Source: Balanoglossus misakiensis (lineage: Eukaryota > Animalia > Hemichordata). From it: a stretch of DNA of 64,000 nucleotides. Positions 54,301-64,000 of this stretch are shown here, piece by piece. The stretch spans positions 7,356,390 through 7,420,389 of the forward strand of contig CM082580.2 of assembly GCA_040954595.2 (NCBI GenBank). The letters are read 5' to 3'. Position 1 is the stretch's first letter, and every line of letters begins with the position of its first letter. The notes under the pieces are model-generated. The model saw only the letters and a list, made by a program, of their open reading frames with translations. It was not told the origin of the DNA and did not search any database. Position numbers and translations under genes: made by a program.

Positions 54301-56971
54301 GTGTTTCCAAGTGTAACAATTCATTGGAACGTGACAGTAAAATCAAGTAAGTAAACGTAAAAACCTTTTTAATACCCAGAATTGGAAGCCAAAAACAGGT
54401 TGTGAGATATCTATGATGTTCTCTTTGACAATTTACTGTGCCCATACCTCTGTCCATGTTGTCCGTTCCAAGGCAGTCAAGGCCGCAACACTTGGCAAAC
54501 TAGGTTCTCGATCACACTTGGTCTTGATGTATTCAATTTGGCTTTAAAGGAGAAAAATGATCTATAGTTACCATTGAGTTCTCATTTTTGATGGATAAGT
54601 ACCAGTATGGCAGAGTTATTTTTCTTCGAATGAATTCCACTGGTTACCTCTGAATTTCAGGGGCAGTCAGAAGTTGACCATTCTCGTCCACAGCATTGAA
54701 GGTGAAGAAACGTCCGTTTCTCAGTATCACAAGGTGACTTGGGCATTTTCCTTCAGATTCTGTGACAAAAATTGAGTAAAAGCAGTTAAGTTAGACAAGT
54801 ATATTCAATTAGCCAACTATTTAAGCTATCTGATGCTTTCAATTTTCCATTTCCACAACTTTAATTTTGTAGTGCATCAATCGCCACTCAACAATATGGT
54901 GATGAATTGAAACATTGAAAGACGGAGTGATGATCCAGTGGAAAAAAAAAAGTTCACCACATTTGCATATTGATTGTGCCTCACCTGTCTTGAAGTGCTG
55001 CTCGAGCCAATCAAACGGCACGCCTGGTATCCTACACGTATTGAATAACCTGGAGTACTGAAACATGCTGAGGCGCTTGTTTCCCATGCGATCGATATCA
55101 ACTGGGATTGTTTCTCTGTGAAAATGAAATGACATAGGGAATGAACAAAAGCATTAGATAAATCTGTGCAAATCATATGTGTAGATCTGCGACAGTAGTC
55201 AACTCTTAACCCACTCATCTATGGACAATGAAAGGCAGAGTATTAATCACATGACCCACTTCTTGAGTCGATCCCAGAAATTCAGCATGTGCCAAAGAGC
55301 CAGTGAACATCGCTCTGCCTGCACTCCCTCCTGCATTGGCCACACATCTTCAACCATGGGCAAGTATCCACCCAGGTTGGTGTGGACTGCTGTGGAATAC
55401 CGCAAGCTGTGGTAGGCGTATTTCTCCCACCATTCTGAGATCTGTTGGAAGACAGGCAGGGAAAAATGTTTTTCGGAGATAACGATGCAGGGAAAAATGT
55501 TTTTCGGAGATAATGATGCAGTGAAATATGAGACAAGAAGGTAAAAATTAATCGTTGCGAAACAGTTGCCGCTTTTGATAATGCGAAAATTTCCTGTTGC
55601 GAAAATTTCCTGTTTTACAGTATATTACAACCATAAAAGTATGGATGAGTATATCGATCTTTGTACCACAGTGCTCTGCAAGAAATAAGCTTAGACAAAA
55701 CATTTTCTCTCACTTTAGTACTATAACCTGTTTAAATTGCTAGGAACTCACCCAGTTTCTTTCTTGTTTGCTCCTCTCCACTAATTTCTGATGCAGTTCT
55801 TTGCCGACGCCTTCCTCAAATGCCTTGACAATCTGAGCAGTTTTCTTGAATTCATCCGGGGTTACATGTGGTTTTACTACAAAAGGAGAAAAAAACTTTT
55901 TGGTAGAAATCTGCTGCCAGGGATAAGCTTTACAGGTCCGTGGGGTAAAACACAACACAGTCTGCAGGGGTCCATGCAATCATGGTTGGAGGTCAGGGTC
56001 CATGCAATCATGGTTGGAGGTCAAATGATTGATAATTACAGGTAGATACTGGTACCTGAATCTAGGTATCTCTTCAGTGTTAACTGCAATGGCGGTACAG
56101 GCAAAGATGGCAGAGTGTCTTCATTTTTCAGGGTGTTCTCTGAAGCTGTGCTTGACATCCTGATGCTGCTTGCGCTGCTGCCTAAAACATATCTGCGAGA
56201 AGCAAGCTAAAAATACAAAGTGGACAAAATGGCATTTCAGCAAGCAATACGCTGGAAATTTACTATTTCACAGTTCACTTTTCAGTGAAATAAGTGGAAC
56301 AAAATGTCACTAATTACAACACACTTTATTTCAATAAAAAAAACGTTGATCTTTATTAATATGATTTGTTTATTGGCACCCTGAACATATAATATAACTT
56401 TGAATAGTGTTTGTGGCATGGAGTGACCAAAGTTTGAAGTTGAAGATTTGGCTGACCCCCTTTGATTGTCACCCTGGCAACAGCATGGAAAAAGTAGCAA
56501 AAAATTTACCTGTACCGTGGACCTAAGTTAATGCAACACAATGTGCCTTTTGATAGTATGGAATTTAAACCTTAGGCTTGGGTACAGAGGTCAAAGACCA
56601 GTATCGGGGGGGGGGGGGGGGGGGGGCGTGGGCGTGGCTCAGAAATCTGAACACAAACTCTCTGAAAAATCAACTCTACCCTATACCCTTGGCAAGCCAA
56701 TAAAATTACTGATCATTTATTTTTTTCACGCGAGTAGAAACCGCCCTTTTAAAGCACCGTACATGCATGCGAGAGAACATTTATACATTTATCATGTTTA
56801 TATACAATGAATGTGTGAACTTTAACACCAATGTCACCGTAACAAGCAAATCAGACAGTAGCAGCACAGGTCGCACCGAGCGCTTCGGTTTCGAGTTTCA
56901 TGCATGCCGGAAGTTCTTGACTCACTTTAAGACCTTACCTTAACAGAAGTTCGGCGCAAAATTGCAAGCAT
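51352..56971 (-). CDS. CROT: Carnitine O-octanoyltransferase (choline/carnitine acyltransferase family), 633 aa from the first ATG or 606 aa from the second Met; C-terminal PTS1 AKL
   Basis: Exons 56971-56939, 56206-56056, 55876-55752, 55441-55260, 55115-54985, 54759-54648, 54541-54448, 54259-54146, 54023-53922, 53542-53459, 53259-53152, 53002-52875, 52523-52400, 52228-52056, 51833-51714 and 51472-51352 (1902 nt, in frame). Motifs: LPSLPVP, catalytic GDHSAADG, LHPDAIVQLALQL, CYETATTRQFYRGRTETVRSC, GCDRHLFGL and the CROT-typical SGGGGNYILSTSLAGY...GCVVPMVPNGYG. The 54146 donor (GTGCCA) and exon 1 are the least certain. Confidence 0.93.
53701..53854. mobile_element. 154-bp MITE with 38-bp TIRs and a 9-bp target-site duplication, in a CROT intron
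   Basis: TIR TAGCCCGGAGACCAGGGCGTCGATTCTA(C/G)AATTCCAAC at 53701-53738 and 53817-53854 (1 mismatch); direct repeat CAGTAAGCC at 53692-53700 and 53855-53863. Superfamily not assigned. Confidence 0.9.
55456..55521. repeat. 31-bp tandem duplication next to a CROT splice acceptor
   Basis: GCAGGGAAAAATGTTTTTCGGAGATAA(C/T)GAT occurs twice. Confidence 0.85.
55968..56023. repeat. Perfect 28-bp tandem duplication in CROT intron 2
   Basis: GGGTCCATGCAATCATGGTTGGAGGTCA occurs twice. Confidence 0.9.
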
Positions 56972-58504
56972 ACCTTTAGTGCTATGAAACTAAACCTTTG
57001 GACACCAGATTCTGTCTGAATGCAGCTTGACCACTCACTACATGCAGCAGGGTTATTTACATAAGGTGAATGAAGTCGCCCTCAACGCCGGCTGCTCAAG
57101 GAATTGCTGAAGGTCGTTTTTGAGGGAAATGTCTTGATCCGTGACTCAATTTATCCTAACGCTGAACAACGGTCGTGCAGAATTTCTTTTTAATGAAGAA
57201 ACATGAAATTTCTGTCCCATGTCGACACCTTCTTCTGCTACATATGTCGAACCAACACATTTGCTCAAAATATTTTTTTTCCTGGAACTTGCTTGATGAA
57301 TGTTGCCAAATTTGAAATAAAGTATACACAAGAATCTATTACAATTTGTAAAAGTTTTATTGTTTTATTTCACCAACTTGAACCAAATCTTATTTCTATG
57401 TAAGCTTGAATCGTGGTTGTCTTAACAGTGAACAAACATGGTTGAAAACAAACTCTGTCATAAAAATTAAATTTTTAACAAACGAATTATGTTACTTTGC
57501 AAATACATCCAGAAAGCTAAAAGACAGGAAGTTTCCAAAGTAAAACTTGGGGGGTGGGTGAAACGATATTACCTTTCATAGTTTCCAAGAAATGCAATGG
57601 TCCTATTTGTGCGAGTTGACATCAAGTAAAGCAGTCATGTCCACCCCTAAAAAACTTTTAATAAAACAATTTTTAATATAAGCTTACATGATCCATTTCT
57701 TTGGGTTTTATGATGCAAAATTGAAAGATCCATACTTTGGAACTGTTTGCATCCCTCCTCATGACAGAATACAAAAAATGTGTATTTCTTTTCCCCCACT
57801 AACATCTACCACCAAAATAATACTCTATACATTGAATACAGTCAAATTTCTCATGTTAATAAATCCTTAGGCAGTAACATTAAAATCAACAGCAATGGGT
57901 TATTTTCGTGACCCATGAATGACCCTTCCCCATCCTGGTTTTTCACTGGTATGAGTTGGCCCACTTTGGTGACTAAATCACGTGATCCTTTGAACTCTGA
58001 CCTTCTGGCAACGCATGGGGATCTGTCCCTGGAATGGGGTCACAGTTCAAGGGTTAAAACAGAGTTGACTTTTTTCCCTTACGACTACCCTTGCAAAAAG
58101 ATACAGGGCAAAAGCAGTCAGTTTTTCCTTTGCTTCCTGCTATGGTTTTCAAGTAAAATTTCGCTCCTAACATAAAACTTCTTAAACACATATTTCTGAT
58201 AAAATCTATAGTTATCGATTTATATTATATTTACAGCACTAGCATAGACATTGGCAGTGACAGTTACTGTGAAAGTAAACTTCCTATAATATCTCTATGA
58301 ATAAATGTTCTTTTAACTAGAACAAAAACAACACGTTTGACAACAACTTGAACAATAAAGCATTGTTAAAAAAAATTACAAAGAGATAAAGCTTTGCACG
58401 TGGGCTGGCAAGGCAAACTGGTTGCGTGGCTAACTATCAACAGAACCAGAGTATATCTTTGAGCTGTTTGTCTCGTTTGTCTTTGACATCATGTATTTCC
58501 TTCT

Positions 58505-61500
58505 TCATGCTTTGAAACTGTGGGATACAAAAATAATAATGGACATGTCAGCTAAAAAAGAGGATATCACTGCAGTCGCTAACAAAGACTTTGGTTTTGA
58601 CTCTTTTCACCGAGTTTGCTGTCTTTCCCCAATCTCTGACACTGACTATGGTTGCCACCATCTTGTCTGTTTGTTTGGACAGCATAATGTCTCATGGCAT
58701 TGACCGTATGCAATAAAACAACGCCCTCAGAGGATTGGCTCTATGTTATGTTCATAATGACACTTCACAACACATAGTAATCTGATCATCACTGGGCACT
58801 GTACGTACAAAACCAGAAATTTTGTACGGTTTTCAAGAAACAGTACAGACACTACTAGGCATGTAGGCTTGGTTTGGCACATGCGCATGAGACTATCGTG
58901 GCCCTTTAAAAGTCTACAGTGCAAGAGATTTACCTGTCCAAGTACGCCTTCACATTGTCGTAACCGCTCTGGCGAGCCAGATGAACCAGAATGCCGGTTG
59001 CATGGCGACCGGACTTCCTGCGACAGAAACTGCAGTTGCACACACCGCGACACGGCGGACAAGCCCAGTTCTGCAACGAGAGAGAAATAGGTAAGTTCTA
59101 CCTTCAGATTCTGATTATCAGACGAATATGAAAACAGACCATCACGACATACTATGCAGAGGTGTGGATGCATTTGATCATTGGGAATTCAAAGTGTCTT
59201 CATAAATTGCAGCTCCGCAGCCAAATCTGTGCCTCTGCAAGTGTAGTGGTGAATATGAGCGGCCAGACAGGAATAATTGACAGATGTATACGGGTACTCA
59301 CAGGATCTTTCAGAGCCCTCTGTGCGTCTTCTCCGTAGCGATTGCGAAGACACGGCCCACAAAACTGACCACGAACACCTATGCACACTCCCGATCGACA
59401 CGACGTCTTCGTATCGTTTGTTTTTTGACGACACTGATGACAGGTTGAGCCCTTTAAAAAGAAACAAGATTTAGATGTCAAGGTCAAGAAACAAGATTAA
59501 GATATCATGGTCACCTTTCTTGACCCTTTCACCGCCATGGGTCAAGTTCAAACCCATTGTTTTCTGTGGTAAAGTTGGATCATATTTATTCATATCTTAC
59601 CCGATAACTGTTGTACACTTTGTCAGCGACGCAAAATGCAACTGCGTCCAGGTCTTCATCTGTGATCTCCTCCACTGGCTTGGGGATGCTCGGGACGGGC
59701 TGATAATTAGACTGTCGTCTCTTTGGAACGTACTGTTAGAAAACAACAAATAAATCACATCAATTCCATGTAGTTAATTGGAATCAACTAATTTCGATTT
59801 TTTGTTACATTAAGTAACACGACAGTACCTCATCAAACCAGTCCATTTCTTCTTCCTCATAATCATCATCATCATCGTCGTCATCATCATCATCATCATC
59901 ACTATCCTTCTTCGGTTTAGACTTGAAAAGCGACGGGCCGAATTTAATGAACAACTTCTGAAAAAAGCAAGGAAATCACACGTCAGTCAGTACGATGGTC
60001 ACACATTTAGAATAGCGTGATTCTTCCAAGTTGTCATCGGTGGGATTCGTGCAATTTGACAACTTTGACACTATATCTAGTTTGGCAATCAGGATGCTTG
60101 ATTAGTTTGTACAATTTGGGCAAACCATGCCAGCTGTCGAAAACAGTGAAAGAGTTAAGCCATCATCAGGGCTTTTTTACATTGCATAAAAACAGAAAGC
60201 CATTTCAAACCCGAATGATTTCCCATGAGCTATGGCAATTTCAATTGATGGAAAACAAAAGAATCATTAACATAACAACTGCGTTGTTATGCAAACTAGT
60301 CACTAAAGAACCACACTAAGTATAAGTATCCCTGGAATTCTTGCCAGATGGTATATTCACATTGTCCACCTTTGCCGCCATCAAATTACCTTTCGTCGTG
60401 GAGAATTCTCATCGTCGCTGCCTTCCTCCCACTTTCTTTTGGTTGAAGACCTAGTCAGGGGTGGCCGTGGTCGGGCAGTTCGCAAGGGATTTCTCCTTTT
60501 CTCTGCCAAGTCGAACGGAAATGATCTTCTGGAGCTCACGGGTTTCTGTGAAATGTTGATAAATAAAAGAAAATACTAGTATTACAGTTCATAAATTTTA
60601 TTTTAACAACAGACTATAAAAATAGCACCGTATCTGACAGAACTCGATTTTCCCGCCATTTTGATAAATACTACAAAATGACCAGAATAAAACACCACTC
60701 ACTTTTGGAGGATCTCTCTTGATTGGTAGGATTCCAGGGATCCTCTTCAGTTCTGCCAGCAACTGGTTTAGCTGAGCAAAGACAAATAAACAAACATAAA
60801 ATTCATTTCATTGACACAAGTTTGCTGTAAAAACCATTTTATTGTTTAGTCTTTGTCCTGCACCCTGACAGATCGTAGACAAAATCTGAATCACCTTTCC
60901 TGGCACAAATACTTTTGGCATGATAATACAATCTTATCACCCTGCTATTTCAGAAACCTCCTACTCCTACAAAAATATTATCTTGCCTACCATTGCTTTG
61001 TTCTCTTTGATGTTGAGTTGTCTGTTCTTCTCATACTCTGATATCTCCTCAGGCTCCACATCACTGTCCGCATCAGATACATCATCCTCCTGTAGTAAAA
61101 CAAAGAAATATCAACATGAACTGCAAAGCACACCAACCATGATTTTTTTGAGGGCAGAGGCCACATCTTGGCTTTACAGGAAAAAAATAATGGCAATTCA
61201 ATATATTTTTTGCATACCTCATCTGTTTGTCTTTTGCGACGTTTCACTTCTTCAACTCTTGCTACATTATCTGGCTGGCTTTGAGGTTTAATCTACAAAA
61301 AAATAAGAAGTATCAAATTTAATGAAATATTCTGCACATCAAAATGATGTCACCCAGCTGAGAAATTGTCGTGAGAGGCTAAGCAGAAATTGAACTCACC
61401 AAAGTGGGCTTAGCAGCCTTGACCTTCCTGTTGTGGCCAAACAATCGTATCCTATCACTGTTGCACGGCAACCACTGATCATAGCGCTGATTCCAACCTA

Positions 61501-63910
61501 CATAGTGGATCTGTATGCGACCAAGCTCTTCATTCACATTGATGATTTTAGCTGGATACCTTTGACAATCAGAGGAAAAAACAACTTTACTTTTCACAAA
61601 GGACATATATACAGTGATGAATTAAACTAAACAATATGATACCATAACAATGACATTTCAATTCAAGATTCTGCTCCAAAATTCGAGGATTACTGCTTCA
61701 AGCTTACATACAGGTGCACGTAGCTATACGCAATTTAGAAATACACAATTTTGAAATTTTGGCAAAACATGATAATTTCACTCCAATATGCAGCTATGCT
61801 GAATACATTCCTACCAATTTCTGAAGTTATCCGTTGCTTCGATTTTTGCCCCAACTCTGAAGTCGATTCCATCCGTTGTCATGACTTCACTCTCAGACTT
61901 GCCGTCTTTCTGATCCTCACCATTCAGAACTTGCACATCTTGTTTCTTCTGATCCTCGACGGGAACTTCCATGCTCTGTTTCTCACCAGCAGTTGGTGGG
62001 ATGAAAAGCTTCACGGCTTCTCTGGGTCTTTCTTTCAAACCGTCTGAGTTTTTCATTTTATTGGTATCTTTTTTGGTATCTGATTTGCGATCATCTTTCA
62101 CCATCTCTTTTCGACTGCCCTGGGTTGGTTCAGCAGCCTTTATCCTGTTGTCATGTGTACGCGGTTGGACCCGATCACTGTTTAATGGCAACCACTGATC
62201 AAAGCGTTGATTCCAGCCTAAATAGTGGATGTGCACATAACCAAGTCCGTCTTCTTCACCGACATCAAGAATTTTAGCTGGATACCTTTTACAATGAGAT
62301 ATAAAAAGCGTTAATTCCAACGTAAAAAGAAAACTTTGTTACTAAGCATTCAAAGTTGGTCAGCCATGTTACAATCGAAATCTTACCATTTTCCAGAGTT
62401 ATCCATTGCCTCTACTTTCATTCCACTTTTGAAGTCGATTCCAGCTCTTGATACGACTTTTATAATCTCAGACTTGCCGTCTTTCTGATCCTTGGCGATA
62501 ACTTGCGTATCCTGTTTCTCATCAATAGATGCTGTACTGGAACTCTTCTCTGATTCTGCAGCACTTTCTTTCAAATCATCTGATTTCTCCATCTTCTTGC
62601 TATCATTTTGTGATTTCTGATTCTCTTTCGTCCCTTCTTTGGGGTTCTTTTCCTTCTTTTCCTACAAATGAACACAATCAAGTGATGAGACATGCCACCC
62701 CTTCCACTGTCAATGGTTTAGCCCAAAAACCTATGACCTTCATACCAACAAAATTAACTCACCGGGGTTGGTTCGGGAGCTTTGATCCTGTTGTCATGTG
62801 TACAGGGTCGGACGCGACCACTGTCCAACGGAAACCACTGGTCGAAGCGTTGACTCCAGCCTAAATAGTGTATGTGCACATAACCAAGTCCAGATTCTTC
62901 ACCGACATCGATAACTTTAGCTGGATACCTTTTACAGAGAGAGATAAAAACTTTTTTTCAATGACAAAATTGATACACATCGATCATGATGACAAGGCAA
63001 TATGTGAAAGTCTCCACCCTTCCTCTTTCCATGATGCAATGCAATACAGTCAAACCTGTCTATAGTGTCCAGTCAAGGGACTTTCATAAACTGGCCTTTA
63101 TAGACAGGTGGTCTTTATAGACAGGTCAATTCATGCACATGTAAATTGCACATTGACTGTAACATAGTGGCCACTATATAGAGGTGGTCACTAACATAGG
63201 TTTGACTGCAATCACTCCTGTCTCTGATTCTTTGTGATGATGATGGAATGAGTCAGGAATCGCTAGGCAAAAAACCTGAATATTTCCAAACTTTCTTGCA
63301 GGATGCAGGCAAGTCACATTCTTACCATTTTCCAAAGTTATCCCTAGCGTCAATTTTCATTCCAACTTCGTAGTCAATTCCAGCTCTTGACACGACTTTA
63401 CTCTCAGACTTGCCGTCTTTCTCATCTTCCCCATCACCTTTGGCACCCTGTTTCTTCTGACCCTCAACATTAACTTCCACTTCCTGTTTCTGTTCAAGAG
63501 CTGCTGCGCTGGAACTCTTCACTGTTTCTCCTGTGCTTTCTTTCAAATCATCTGATTTGTCCACCTTCTTGCTATCATTTTCTGATTTCTGATTCTCATT
63601 CGTCCCTTCTTTGGGGTTCTTTTCCTTCTTTCCCTACAAATGAAGACAATCGAGTGATGAGACCTACCACCCCTTCCACCATCAATTGGTTCAGCCCCAA
63701 AACCTTTGACATTCATGCAACATACCAAAAAAAACTTAACTCACCAAGGCAGTTTCAGCAGTCTCTACCTTGTTGTTGGGTGTACAGGGTCGGATGCGAT
63801 CACTGTTCAACGGAAACCACTGGTCGAAGCGTTGACTCCAGCCTAAATAGTGGATGTGCACATAACCAAGTCCAGCTTCTTCACCGACATCGATAACTTT
63901 AGCTGGATAC
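58505..63910 (-). CDS. CDCA7: CDCA7/CDCA7L-family protein (C-terminal zf-4CXXC_R1) with an N-terminal array of at least 4 PHF20-like Tudor/chromo-barrel domains; 5' end outside the window
   Basis: Exons 63910-63745, 63633-63326, 62928-62763, 62661-62387, 62285-61815, 61559-61400, 61292-61218, 61089-60991, 60771-60703, 60545-60390, 59957-59829, 59732-59601, 59451-59302, 59070-58934 and 58517-58505 join in one frame (~834 aa in window). CDCA7 hallmarks: [56 protein letters not shown]...[16 protein letters not shown]...[16 protein letters not shown]...TGILVHLA. Confidence is high for the CDCA7 part and lower for the link to the Tudor exons. Confidence 0.88.
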
Positions 63911-63990
63911 CTTTTTAACAATGAGATATAAAAAAAAATGGCAAGGCCTGTTATCATTATGTTATAGAAACGACAACATCCCGACTTAAT
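61400..63990 (-). repeat. Tandem genomic duplication of a Tudor-encoding exon/intron unit (about 0.6-1 kb per unit, 3-4 copies)
   Basis: Four copies of the YPAK(V/I)(I/L)(D/N)V...IHY(L/V)GW(S/N)QR(F/Y)DQW segment and three copies of the linker + GID...W segment. Introns 63634-63744 and 62662-62762 are also visibly alignable (ctacaaatgaa.acaatc.agtgatgagac...ccaccccttccac...aactcac). Confidence 0.9.
63047..63208. mobile_element. Tc1/mariner (pogo/Tigger-like) MITE, copy 2, inside a CDCA7-gene intron
   Basis: Reverse complement of 17771-17949 with about 9 substitutions and without one 17-bp internal duplication; left flank TA, right flank CA. Confidence 0.85.
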
Positions 63991-64000
63991 TTTCATTCTA

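Overview
Eukaryotic (metazoan, probably marine invertebrate; hemichordate/echinoderm-like is a guess) genomic DNA, AT-rich, with five spliced protein-coding genes, all on the minus strand. I rebuilt the genes by hand from GT-AG boundaries and reading-frame phases. From right to left: (1) a CDCA7-family gene (zf-4CXXC_R1) preceded in-frame by at least four tandemly duplicated PHF20-like Tudor/chromo-barrel domains, with its 5' end beyond the window; (2) CROT (16 exons), with a mitochondrial-type presequence and a C-terminal PTS1 (AKL); (3) MOB4/phocein (8 exons); (4) an uncharacterised ~674-aa, mostly disordered protein with an N-terminal FFGP motif and C-terminal PP1-docking-like motifs; (5) the first two coding exons of an ERG/KCNH2-type K+ channel, whose second intron appears to fill positions 1-34175. 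The non-coding DNA holds several short non-autonomous DNA transposons/hairpin elements, minisatellites and many RFX X-box-like motifs. The most interesting observations are the Tudor-array-CDCA7 fusion and an alternative 5' splice site that overlaps the CROT mitochondrial start codon. Most ORFs in the supplied track are spurious. No rRNA, tRNA or CRISPR array was found.
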